Source: Paraphysomonas bandaiensis | Lineage: Eukaryota > Protista > Chrysophyceae | Length of the DNA: 64,000 bases | Assembly (NCBI GenBank): GCA_965644295.1 | Contig: CBFFRP010000097.1 | Coordinates: forward strand, 62,001 to 126,000 | Reading direction: 5' to 3' | The notes under the pieces: generated by a model | The model's input: only the letters and a program-made list of their open reading frames with translations | What the model was told of the DNA's origin: nothing | The model's database searches: none | In this document: positions 1-12,001 of the stretch, in pieces | Numbering within the stretch: position 1 is the first letter of the stretch | How the letters are laid out: every line of letters begins with the position of its first letter | Program-made: the position numbers and the translations under genes

Positions 1-607
1 TTATACTTGAATATATCGAAGCCGTTGAATATCTGTAATCTGTAATAAGCTTATGCTATTCATCACAGTTTGTTCTTTTCTCAAATATCTTTGGCACGTA
101 TGTGACTTAACGTTATTACTCATAGGTTAAACTTTATACTGACCTTTGTACTCTCACACTCTCACTCAAATATGATTTATAATAATACAGTGACTGTTCA
201 CATACATACTAGTTCTTCTATGCTAACAGAGAATGGGTTTGTATCTTTGAGCAGTAGCTGTACAGCTTTAAGTTGCTATATAATTATAAGTCAGACGATT
301 AGTTTTAATTTATAGGCGACATTTTTACCTGTAATCGCATATTAGATATGACTTATACCGACATATAAGAGAGCTGTTGGATTCTGGATAAGAAAAACGA
401 AGTTTTAGAATTTAGTGCTAACATAATATTACTTATTTACGAATAAATTTATAATTGACTCCAAAATTCTCTACATCCTTCTCTTCGTCCTCATAAGAGG
501 GATATCAAAACTCAAAAAATTTGATCACCCTAGTGTCGTATATGTGTTAATACACAACATAAGTTTTCAAAGCCATACTTCATTCAGCTTCTACTTCGAA
601 TAAATAT

Positions 608-2463
608 CTATGAGAATATGGACTTGAATAGCTCAGAATTTTTAAGAACAGTCCATCCTGCCATATCAGACAATACGTTCGCCCGTTCGTAGTTTATAAT
701 GCCCCCAGCAGTCATGTAGTGTGGGAAGCCTTTAAACGGCCCCTCGTCTACATCTACACTCAGATCAGCTGCTTCCGCCGGGTCCGATGGCACAAGAAGA
801 TCGTGCATCTCTTCTGATAACTCAGACTCCCATGATGCCAGTCGGCCGAGGTAAACAAATGTTATCTGGGACTTCACACCCGCCGGTACACCCCACCAAT
901 CGTTCTGAACAGTTGTCAGGTTTAAGGTTGCAATGATACCATTTCCTGCAGCTTGAGCCTCCTGTAGAGCCACGACGAGTGGTGCCCAATCGTCCTGAGA
1001 AAACACCTGAATCTTGCTCACATCAAAAGAGCGCTCTTCCCAGTTAGCATAGTCAGAGGGGTAGACGCCAAAAAAAGCGGACAGTTTATCAGTGATCTGT
1101 TCTTTGGAAGGTGCATCATTGTACACATCCCATTTCTCACTTGTCTGCAACGGCGTTCTCGAATTGACAAACAATACAATTTTTTCGACCCGTCTCTGCA
1201 GAAGTGATATAAGAAGCATATTCTCATAGCTACCGCCATCACAGAATAGTGTATCTCTCGACTTGGGGGTACGGTCCGCTGGAGACCAATAGTCGAAATG
1301 TAAACCAAATTTATCGGCCAAATCGTCTGGGAGAGTCTCAAATAGCGCACCGGGGGCATAGCTACTCGCACCACCAGCATACCGGATATCGAACACTTCT
1401 TCAGGTTCGGGAACAGAAAGGTCGCCGGAAACTTCGGACGACCGAAGGCCGAGTAGAGGAGCAGACCCATAGCGGCCAAACGCAAATGGTTCAACAGCCC
1501 CTCCCATGCGGATGGTATGGTTCCTACCCAAGTGATACTGGTACACAACGTCCTCTGCAATATCTATTCAGTAAAAATATATGATAAACATATAGTCCCA
1601 CACACCTGTGCGTAGCTGGCCGATGTATAGTGGTGTGACCTCCATCATTGTGAAATTTCTCTTCTCACTACTATAGGGTGATCCATCAGTCGGCCCAACC
1701 AGACCCGTGCCAACGATAGGAAACGGGCGATTCACGTTTGTGGGAAGCAGGAATAACTCATCTTCTAACGATGGGTTTCGACTTTTGATGTCTGCAACAG
1801 TGTCAGCGTCCCATGAGAATCGAGCGCCTGGAGCAACACCAACAGGTGCGAAGTACGTCTCCTGTGTGGCATACGCCCAACCATCAGCCAGACCATCTGT
1901 CACATTCTCTTTAACGGAGTTGAGCATCAAAGAAACGAAGTTTGTCTGAGTGAAGCGACGAACACAAGATGGGTCCATTTTTTGTAGGTCATCTCTATTT
2001 ATGTCACTGGGTTCAACAATCGGACCGAGAAGAGTAGAATCATCCACATCCTAAATCCATAAAATAAAATAAACCTAAAAATACTAAACACATTACCAGC
2101 TGTGAGTACGAAAAGGTTAAAGTTGCCCATGACCCTCCACTTATACCCGTGAGATAACGAATATTAGGTATGAGTCCTGTGTACGTATACCCCATCAGTG
2201 CATGCATTCAAACTCACAGACTTATTACCCAATTCACTGAGTGCTGATAAGTACCCAATAGACGCCAAATAAGATCTTGATCCTCCACCAGTGAATGCTA
2301 TACCAGTGTTAGGGCGTGCTTGTATGTTAGGGTTGGATAGCTCAGGGAAATCAGAGGGAACAGGATAGCTATCTGCAGACTGCCATGCTGTTGTTTTTAA
2401 ATTACCGTATACAGCAATGAAGAGCTGGGATGATAGTAGACAGAAGGTTAGGATGAGGTTCAT
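608..2463 (-). CDS. Secreted cPLA2/lysophospholipase (phospholipase B)-like protein, about 4 exons
   Basis: Splicing short GT-AG introns joins a signal peptide (MNLILTFCLLSSQLFIAVYG), GIAFTGGGSRS (oxyanion loop), RYLTGISGGSW (GxSGG nucleophile) and a downstream DGG motif (FCDGGSYEN). Confidence 0.8.
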
Positions 2464-2927
2464 TGTAATGGGAGGGATATTGTGATGCAGTGGTTATAAT
2501 AATGAAGGGATGTATATGTATATATATATATATGCCATATTATGGTATGGCAACAACAAAATACGCCCTCCAAACTGCTGCTGGATGTGTATCAGTGAGC
2601 AGGAGTACATTGCAGGGTTTTCTATGAAAAAATGGCACTTTTCCCTCCAAAGCCTACAGTATACTGGTGATCAAAAAATACAGTATACCGATTTTCTGTA
2701 AATCGCGAAATATCGCGAGTGCGCTGACTCTCATATACAGCAGTATGTTTGCTGAAGGCAGGAAGCTGCAAAGATACTTCTGCAAGCAAGACGTGCTCCT
2801 GATAGACGCACAGACAGTCGTGTATATATGAATCTGTGTGTATGACCCACATATGCATCTGATAAGATACACAAACAGTCATAGTATAATATAATACACT
2901 AATCCATCACAACTAATCAAACAAAAC

Positions 2928-3848
2928 ATGTCAATCAGTCAACTTAAACCCATCGCACCAGTTATTCGATATGCTCATCTTGGAATAGCTGTGACAGATT
3001 TCACTCAATCGATTGATTTTTTTAGTCGATTAGGATTTGAGTTACTCTCATGTGGATCCTCTCATATGAGAGTTATGAAAAATAAGGGAGGACTTGATCT
3101 TCATTTATTTCAATGTGATCAGAATATATCAGATGGAAAGAATCTGTTGATGGATATGCAAGGGATAAAGTACCCGGGTCACACGCATGCTGCTTTTAGT
3201 GTCCCGACTGTCCCTGGAGTAAAGGCTTACTTTGAGAATAATGGGGTGGGAATATCTGGTACCCGAGGAGTGTCTGCTGAGCGAACCCTTGCTGCTGTAT
3301 TTGTCAGGGATCCAGACCGAACAACTTTTGAGTTTGAGAATAATTTTGGCCCGGACGAAGATGTGGAGGTCACTGGAGATATGCTCGGCTATCCTCAGAG
3401 CATTGATCATGTTGGAATTAGAGTCTCGAATCCAGAAGAGCGCTGGGTGTGGTATGCAGAGAAACTTGGGTTCAACATCTCCGTTTCCAAGTATGTTGCC
3501 AATGAGGATCCGTTGAAGAATACCCATCCTTGGATATGCCGGACTGATACGGGGGCCATCATTAACTTTCTTGTTAATGCGAATACATCTGCGGATGGAA
3601 ATATATTGTGTAACGAAGCGGATGGTGTTCGGCCTGGGATCGTGTACATTGCCTATGAAGTCGAGGACGTGGGTACAGCGGCAGAGCGTTTAACTGCGGC
3701 TGGGGTTGAGGTCGTGTGGGAAAAAGACCTGGAGACTGCAGGATGGGGACTCAGAGACCGCCACATACTTTCTCCCACAGATACACAGTCCATTTTTATT
3801 CGAGACGGAGATTTGAATTTGGTGCGACTTGTGAGCGCTTCTTCCTAA
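2928..3848 (+). CDS. Glyoxalase/VOC-superfamily protein with tandem VOC domains, intronless
   Basis: 306-aa ORF with HLGIAVTDF..FFSRLGF, HAAFSV, FVRDPDRTTFE, then a second repeat IDHVGIRV, YIAYEVEDV, FIRDGDLNLVRL. Confidence 0.85.
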   Translation: MSISQLKPIAPVIRYAHLGIAVTDFTQSIDFFSRLGFELLSCGSSHMRVMKNKGGLDLHLFQCDQNISDGKNLLMDMQGIKYPGHTHAAFSVPTVPGVKAYFENNGVGISGTRGVSAERTLAAVFVRDPDRTTFEFENNFGPDEDVEVTGDMLGYPQSIDHVGIRVSNPEERWVWYAEKLGFNISVSKYVANEDPLKNTHPWICRTDTGAIINFLVNANTSADGNILCNEADGVRPGIVYIAYEVEDVGTAAERLTAAGVEVVWEKDLETAGWGLRDRHILSPTDTQSIFIRDGDLNLVRLVSASS

Positions 3849-4233
3849 ACCAGAGGCTTGATGCATGCAAGGATAGAAAAAGTCCGTTTTCAGTTGAAAT
3901 TTAGCACGCAGTATTGAATGGAAGTTAATAGTTGCGATTATATATAAATTATATTAAAATACAGAGCGAGTGTCAAGCTTTTAAGTTCAAGTTGAAACCA
4001 TATATGCATAAATACAGTATACATTCTACACTTTACACCTATGCCTATTTTTTGATACTATATAGTGCAAGCGGTCTATTGTTCACAAAGGTTGGCTGCA
4101 CTCATATTGATTTAATAGCAACTCATTTCACGAATGTATGAAGTTAGAAAATATTGGCTACAATGCCTTGTACACAGTCACGCAAGTCTATACTTAGATA
4201 CTAGATACACGCAGGATGTATAGTACGGCACCA

Positions 4234-6273
4234 TTACTCGAAAGGAAACACAGGAAATTTCGTTTTTATTCCAGGAAGAGATTCTCTCAAGTCTCTCATA
4301 TCCTGAAGAAGTGCTGGCGGTACCATAACACCACCAGCAGCGGTGCGATATTGCCTGCTGTCCCACTCTGGTTCTCCAGCTGCAAAAACAAATAATGATA
4401 GTTACAGGGATGCGAAAGCAGAACTGACCTGTCCATATTCTTCCCGGCCCGGTGGGATCTTTCTTACTCTCTCTCAAGAATCTCAGAAACTCTCCAGTAT
4501 TTCTTTTGAATGTATTCAAGCTGCATATGGCCTCCACATCAATAGCTAGGAAAAAATGTCCCAGAGGCATGGAGCGTGGTGCTCCAGTGTCCGGATTCAC
4601 CCCTAACAGAAATTTTATCAAAGACTAAACTTAAGGCGGATCTCACCAGAGAGTAGTGACCCAAAGTCCCCAGACTGAAATGCAATACTTAAGATTTCAA
4701 CCACAGCTGCCCACCCATATCCTTTGTACCCTCCTAATACATCACCTGCACCTCCAAGCGGACACAATGCACATAAGCCCTTAACCATATCCCGTAGGAT
4801 TCCCTAAAAACATACTGTCATACAAGTCGCAGAATATAATTGCTGCATCTGCTGCGACTCAAGTAACATCAACACTACGTTGTATACATACCTCCGTATC
4901 CGTTCTTTCGTTACCGTCATTGTCAATAACCATTCCCTTCGGTGTGGCCTGCCCTAGCCTTGCATACTTTTCAATTTTTCCTCTACAACATAACCATCAC
5001 AGCAGCAAAATAGTATATAATTTAATTTTACTATGTTGATGACAAAGCATAGTAAAGTAAGGTGATTTAATTGTACAAGACCTCTGATTAATTGACGTAG
5101 CGCAGTCAATAACGAATGGAAACGGTTCATCTGTGGGAACTACAGTGTATACATCAAAAATGTTTCAGTTTAGATGCGTCGCATACTTCCAAACGTTAGT
5201 GGGTTGGTGCCCATACACGGCTGTTCATATATATAAAAAATCAAAGATGTCATATCTGAGGAGATTTACCTGGACTCCAAAAGTAGGGGCAATAGATGGG
5301 CGGGCATTCGTTCCAGTAAGTCCTTTGTAAGGAATATCACCACAGATCACAGACGATGCAGTAGATCATACCAATACAGCCCCTCTCAGTTGCCATGGTT
5401 GCGTAGTATCCAGCAATACCGTACTAATAAATAAAAGTGAGACGAGACAAGCTCTAGACAGTAATCATACGTGGGTCGAATTTCTTGCCACGACAAATCC
5501 CACACCATGTGTCTTCGCTTTCTCTATCGCCAGATTCATACTAAAAATAGAAGAAGTAAAGTCGTGATATTACTTCAAAGTCAGATTTTATACCAGTGAG
5601 GGCCGATGTATAGTCCAAGTCCAAGGTTACCATCGACCATAGCAGTTGTTGCTGTCTCGCTTACTACATCAATAGGGGCATGCGGCTTCAGAATTCCTTT
5701 CGCAATACGATCGAAATAGATTGGCTTCAGTCGGCCAATACCGTGACTAAACGATATACAACATCAACACGAAAGTAGAAGTAAATGGTACTTACCTGTC
5801 AATTCCTCTCTTATCAGCTTCAATAAGAACATTAGCAGACACTCTGGCTTCAGCTTCCGGCACCCCGATAGCAAGGAAACATTCCACCTCAATAGCAATA
5901 TAACTTCATTGTCATAAAAACAAATCATATCATTACCATGAAGTTCTCCAGGTAATCGAAATCTAATCGTACAGACCCTTCAAGTGGTTCTTCTTCATGT
6001 GGCCCTTGACTACTTTTGATAGAAGGATCTGGAAAAAAACACTCCCCTATTTTGACAATCAAATCATCTCTAAATAAGTGTTATTAACTCTATCATCAAG
6101 AATCAGCCTATCAACCTTGATCCACCTTCAGATAGAAACGATTTGATAGTTAACCTGTACTCCTCTGCCACCTCTTCACTGATGCGGCCCAGATCACCCG
6201 CCTGACTTATCAGACTAGATGCATGACAACGCAATTGTTCAATTGCATCTACATTCTTTCCTGAATTCGACAT
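4234..6273 (-). CDS. Ldh_2-family (type 2 malate/L-lactate/L-sulfolactate) dehydrogenase, multi-exon
   Basis: Spliced translation gives ADKRGIDSHGIGRL, DGNLGLG, RNSTHYGIAGYY, TNARPSIAPTFG, GTNPL, DCATS, PLGG and GGYKGYG. The start codon is approximate. Confidence 0.85.
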
Positions 6274-6788
6274 GAGTGGCTCTGGTTCGTCTGTTGAGTT
6301 ATGAACGTGTTCAATATGGAATATAGTCACATTCAAGTCAGCAATCTGTACGCATGATGAGTACACTTTTGTATACTGCTGTATATGGATCTCACCAGTG
6401 TGTATCTTCCTTTATCAGCCAATGTAAAGTCGGTTATCAGAACTGATTGGTATATACAGCAGAGCAGAATGATTTTTGGGGGATTTTAGAAACCAACCTC
6501 CATAGGCATACAGCAGTTTATCGGTATACGCGCAGTATGACTGTGTACATATACACAATCGGATTGCCGTGCTTCAACTACTGTGTATTGGGGAAGGGGT
6601 CATTCCCAGGTTGCCCTCATTGTCACTTCTGCGTGCTGCAACTATATACGTCAGAGCCACTCCATCCGAAGCATCAAATTGTTCCATATTCATTTACATT
6701 CATAATTTAGTGCCACAGAAGAGTGAAGGAGTGCAGCAATAATCATAGCTTAGCACAGTGAGGGCTCAACTACGAACCAGAAGCAAAC

Positions 6789-7857
6789 ATGGATGATTTC
6801 ATATATGAGGTATTACCATTATCTGATTGTTTCAATCCCACCCACTCACCTCTATTTTCACTCCTAGGCATACTTTAAGTGTCACTCCAAGACCTTTTTG
6901 TCCTCCGACTGCACTCTCTCAGAAGGGGATTTGGTTACTGTACAGTCAGAGCGAGGATTTGATGTGGGAGTCATCAATCGCAACATTCCGAAATCATCTC
7001 CTTATTTTTCTATCACACGAAGTGCATCGAAATTAAGGATTTTGTCGAGGTTAAATGAATCAGAGAAGCATCGATTGCAGAGTAAACTATCAGCTGAAAA
7101 CGACGCTCTGGAGAAAAGCCGCAGAATATGCAACGATTTTGGACTGCACGGTGTTATTGCTTTGTTAAAAACGGAGTTTCAGTTTGATTCCAGGAAGATC
7201 ACTGTTATGTATCAGGGTGTAATAGAGGCATCAAATGTCAATACTTTTAACAATTTCCAGGAATTTTTGCGACGAAAATTCGAAGCAGATGTATGCATGG
7301 AGAGGGTCACGAATGGTGTTCAAGGGGTGCGAGAACTGTGTAAACTTGAGAGTCGGTATATATACCTTTCCCGGCTCTCGCCAATATATGATGAGAATGT
7401 GCCTGATCCCTCTTTACATTCACGGCCTTCACGGAGGAATCAGTGCTCTCCGCCACCTGTTGGTCTAACAGTCAGCACCCCAGAGCCGTGTTCCCCTGGA
7501 CGGAACTGCCCAGTTCCACCTCGTGCCCCGGACTACTGTTCTCCTGTGATGGACCGAAGAGATTACCACGCTCCATGTAATACTCTTTCACCAGTCATCA
7601 AACACCATCATAAATCTGGTTATAGTGATATTGACTACTCAACCACATCGTTTCAACCTCAGTTGAATATTCCAATAATTTCTTGTCGGTCGTTCTCTAC
7701 TCCGTCCTACAGTTCTCATCCTGTAGTGAACGACTCTTTATCTCCACACCCCTCTCAGCCACCGTATGTAGTACCCCCTGCAGTGGCTGGACTCATATCA
7801 TGCCCTCGACCAGTTTTTCCAGAAGATCACCATCATTTCCAGAATATGGTACTCTGA
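6789..7857 (+). CDS. PSP1 C-terminal-domain protein, copy 1
   Basis: Exon MDDFIYE, a short intron, then LSEGDLVTVQSERGFDVG and TEFQFDSRKITVMY (PSP1 motifs) and a Pro/Ser-rich tail. Confidence 0.75.
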
Positions 7858-9014
7858 GACTACACGATACTAGTATGTTTTCATATTCATAGTATTTTAT
7901 AAAGGGACATTGTCATCATTGTTTTTTGTCTTATACCACTCAACTTCGAGACACTATATGGAGTGGATATAATCCTTTACACGTAAAGTTTTTGCTGCTT
8001 CTTTTTAAGTGCTATCATCAATTGTTTCTTGTGGATTGTATTGTATACTCTACACATGTAGAGGATAATAATCGTTTTATTGTTAATTGAAACGGATAAT
8101 ATTTTTCTTGCGATTTAATTGCTTACCCAACACATGTGATTGGTAATAATTGTTTTACTGTTATGTAAATGATGATTATATTCGGTCAGGAAAAGTTTAT
8201 GCGGCCATCAACTTTCTAGAAGAATCAGGTATACTGTGGTTTGGTGAAAATGGTAATGCACAGCCACCTACGTTCTGCCAAATGCTGAGAAATTATACTT
8301 TCCGTTGTGCCATGTTACTAATTGTTGGTAACTGGTACACTGCCTTTATATTATATATGAAATATGAAGATTCTAAAATAGAATAACTGTATAAGATTGT
8401 TAATTAATTAGTGGTAAAGATGCAACTGATCAATTTAACTACTTCGAAAGATACTCATGTAAGCTTTTACATATTTGAGCGCCATTTTAAAGAGAGCAGG
8501 TTAGCGACGATTTCTTTAATGTACTCTACATCACTCAAATTCTTGAGTAAAATCTCTCAATTTCTATAGCAAAAAGCACTCAAACCAACACTACCTGAAC
8601 ATGACGACATTTCAAACATGTGCAGAAGATTTACTATACAGAACCAAAGAGCATCACTAGCTGTTATACTGCATTATATTTTCAGTAATGTTCACATCAA
8701 TGCAACAGTGGTAATAATTCCTCTCGACTAGAACAGGAATATCATATATTTGACATTGTTGTAGCTGCCTATTTACAATGACTAAAGTGCTTATTACTCT
8801 GAGAGTATATCCTGGAATGGGATATCACTGAGTGGACATGTAGTGGGAAATAGTCTCTATACTATTTCTAAATACCTTAAATTAAGCTATCAATCATATG
8901 GGAGAGCTGTGTGTGACATATAGCAACCAATGGAAAGTCGGTTGTTGGAACTGATTGGTTCATACAGAGCAGAAATTGGAGACATAAGATTTTGCTTGAC
9001 GAGTTTCAGTATAC

Positions 9015-9196
9015 CATGCTGTATACTTAGGAACTCTGTGTGTGGGAATAAGTCGATCCAGCGGAATATGTCGATCCAGCAAACAAATCCTGGCTTTTTT
9101 GATGCATGTTGTTTTTTGACGAATATATTTTTGTCGCTTTTTTTGCGGATCGACATATTCCGATCATATACGTTGTATAAACGGTATACAGGCATG
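9015..9196. repeat. Small inverted-repeat (MITE-like) structure
   Basis: CGGAATATGTCGATCC (9062-9077) is inverted at 9147-9162; imperfect outer inverted repeat catgctgtatac / gtatacaggcatg. Confidence 0.35.
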
Positions 9197-9535
9197 AGTC
9201 ACAGCAAACAACAACGTGGAGACACACACTATAACCAATCATCATAAACACACACTCATGAATTAATTTCTATTGGATCAATATAACTGTCAGAGGAGAG
9301 AATCAGAATGCCGTGCTTCAGCTACTGTGTATTGGGGAAGGGGTCATTCCCAGGATGCCCTAATTGTCACTTCAGCGTACTGCAACTATATACGTCAGAG
9401 CCACTCCATCCGAAGCATCATATTGCTCAATAATATATAGCAATTTTCATAATTTAGTGCCACAGAAGAGTGAAGGGGTGCAGCAATAATCATAGCTTAG
9501 CACAGTGAGGGCTCAACTACGAACCAGAAGCAAAC

Positions 9536-10604
9536 ATGGATGATTTCATATATGAGGTATTACCATTATCTGATTGTCTCAATCCCACCCACTCACCTCT
9601 ATTTTCACTCCTAGGCATACTTTAAGTGTCACTCCAAGACCTTTTTGTCCTCCGACTGCACTCTATCAGAAGGGGATTTGGTTACTGTACAGTCAGAGCG
9701 AGGATTTGATGTGGGAGTCATCAATCGCAACATTCCGAAATCATCTCCTTATTTTTCTATCACACGAAGTGCATCGAAATTAAGGATTTTGTCGAGGTTA
9801 AATGAATCAGAGAAGCATCGATTGCAGAGTAAACTATCAGCTGAAAACGACGCTCTGGAGAAAAGCCGCAGAATATGCAACGATTTTGGACTGCACGGTG
9901 TTATTGCTTTGTTAAAAACGGAGTTTCAGTTTGATTCCAGGAAGATCACTGTTATGTATCAGGGTGTAATAGAGACATCAAAGATCAATACTTTTAACAA
10001 TTTCCAGGAATTTTTGCGACGGGAATTCGAAGCAGATGTATGCATGGAGAGGGTCACGAATGGTGTTCAAGGGGTGCGAGAACTGTGTAAACTTGAGAGT
10101 CGGTATATATACCTTTCCCGGCTCTCGCCAATATATGATGAGAATGTGCCTGACCCCTCTTTACATTCACGGCCTTCACGGAGAAATCAGTGCTCTCCGC
10201 CACCTGTTGGTCTAACAGTCAGTACCCCAGATCCGTGTTCGCCTGGACCCAACTGTCCAGTTCCACCCCGTGCCCCGGACCACTATTCTCCTGTGATGGA
10301 CCGAAGAGATTACCACGCTCCATGTAATACTCTTTCACCAGTCATCAAACACCATCATAAATCTGGTTATAGCGATATTGACTACTCAACCACATCGTTT
10401 CAACCTCAGTTGGGAATTCCTATAATTTCTTGTCGGTCGTTCTCTACTCCGTCCTACAGTTCTCATCCTGTAGTGAACGACTCTTTATCTCCACACCCTT
10501 CTCAGCCACCGAATGTAGTATCCCCTGCAGTGGCTGGACTCATATCATGCCCTCGACCAGTTTTTCCAGAAGATCACCATCATTTCCAGAATATGGTACT
10601 CTGA
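9536..10604 (+). CDS. PSP1 C-terminal-domain protein, copy 2
   Basis: Near-identical to copy 1 at offset 2747, with the same intron and about 10 aa differences. Confidence 0.75.
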
Positions 10605-10866
10605 GACTACACGATACTAGTATATATTCATATTCATAGTATTTTATAAAGGGACATAGTCGTCATTGTTTTTTCTCTTATACCACTCAACTTCGAGACA
10701 CTATATGGAGTGGATATAATCCATTACACGTAAAGTTTTCGCTGCTTTTTAAGCGCTATCATCAATTGTTTCTTGTGGATTGTAATGTATACTCTACACA
10801 TGGCAAGGATAATAATTGTTTTATTGTTAATTGGTTGTGAATTTTACTCGCTCATCAGCTTCATAT

Positions 10867-11354
10867 TGAAAGTCTTATTATTAGCAATAGGCGTTAAAAA
10901 CCTGCACCAACTTAGTAGCTAGATGAGGAATGCTAGACAAACTCGTTAGTAGACATCTACCTGTAACTAATCAGTACACACTTCTTTTATCCTACTATTT
11001 AACGCTACGGAAGCTGCTTGTGCGTCCCCGCAAGCACCAAGGTGCGACCACTTCCGCTCTGAGTTCTTAAGGTGAACATCCCGGATGCTTGACTTCAGCA
11101 GGCAGCCCAATACCCCGGTTACCCTTCAGGTGGGCCCTGTCCCGGATGCCCTTGAGGTGGACCCATTCCCGGATGCCTGTTTATTCGTCAGGGCCCAAAG
11201 ACGTCTACACAAGTGACACAAGCATTCGGCTATAAGTGGGCAGAAGAATATCTGCTGACTATGTTTTCGGCTCACGTTAGTTTCCCAGAGAAATAGCTCC
11301 GGTACTTATCCCCCAGAACACCACGAGAAGGTGCGAGTCAGACTTTGTTGAGGG
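10867..11354 (-). mobile_element. Non-coding SINE/SIDE-like retroposon, copy A (full length)
   Basis: One of six related copies; flanked by the 15-bp direct repeat tcatcagcttcatat (10852-10866 and 11355-11369). Confidence 0.85.
11268..11354 (-). ncRNA. Candidate HDV-like ribozyme at the 5' end of copy A
   Basis: Order: P1 CCCUCAAC, P2 CUCGC, P3 ACC, L3 UUCUCGU, P3' GGU, P1' GUUCUGGG, GG, P4 hairpin, CUAAC, P2' GUGAG. P1 is imperfect. Confidence 0.5.
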
Positions 11355-12001
11355 TCATCAGCTTCATATAGGACTGAAATTACCTGGTGTTTAGCGAATC
11401 TAGCTCCACCCTTGCTTTCTGAGGTTTACGTAATACACAGCTACAACGTAGGAGTTTTTCAGGGATGAGTGGTTAGTTTAATGTTTAAGCTCGATCTTTT
11501 TAATAACAAGAATTATGAACCATGTTGAATAGAGGAAGTTGATTTATCTATTGTCTACGTAGTCGTTGTTTACATCACTCAAATTCTCTTATAAAATCTC
11601 GCTAAATCAATCGTAGCACAGCATGACGACAATTCAAACATGGTGCGAATGATTTAGTATACTACATATTTTACTACTTATTACTATATTTGTCATTCTT
11701 ATATGTTATATGTGACATTTATTCTAGGTAGTTATGTATGTCAACGGGAAAAGTACTGCAGTCATCGATTAAGTGTTGTGGGGAAACAAATTAAGTACTG
11801 GGAGAATGTATTCCTGCGTTTAGTGACTCGACATAGACTTATTGTAACTATAGTTCTGCAACATGATATTAGTGCCTTACACAGAATTACCCATGGCTAG
11901 AATATTCCTTTACATCTTCAAGTAAATGTAGTAATATATATCAAGAATTCCTCCTGGTATCAGTGTATCATTATGAACAAATACTATTGGAGTGAAAACA
12001 T

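Larger units (their letters stand above)
6566..10832 (+). repeat. Tandem duplication of a ~1.5-kb PSP1 block (~6566-8088 and ~9309-10832)
   Basis: Direct sequence identity covering the upstream region, CDS and 3' flank. Confidence 0.9.

Noticed and set aside
11085-11180. CCCGG repeats as a CRISPR-like array
   Set aside because: Short degenerate tandem units without unique spacers, no cas genes, eukaryotic context.
10867-11354. Repeat family as a tRNA-derived SINE, hammerhead retrozyme, solo LTR or Fanzor/IscB omega-RNA
   Set aside because: No clear A/B boxes, no conserved CUGANGA/GAAA core, no TG..CA ends with 4-6-bp TSD, and no RuvC gene. Long variable TSDs fit target-primed insertion better.
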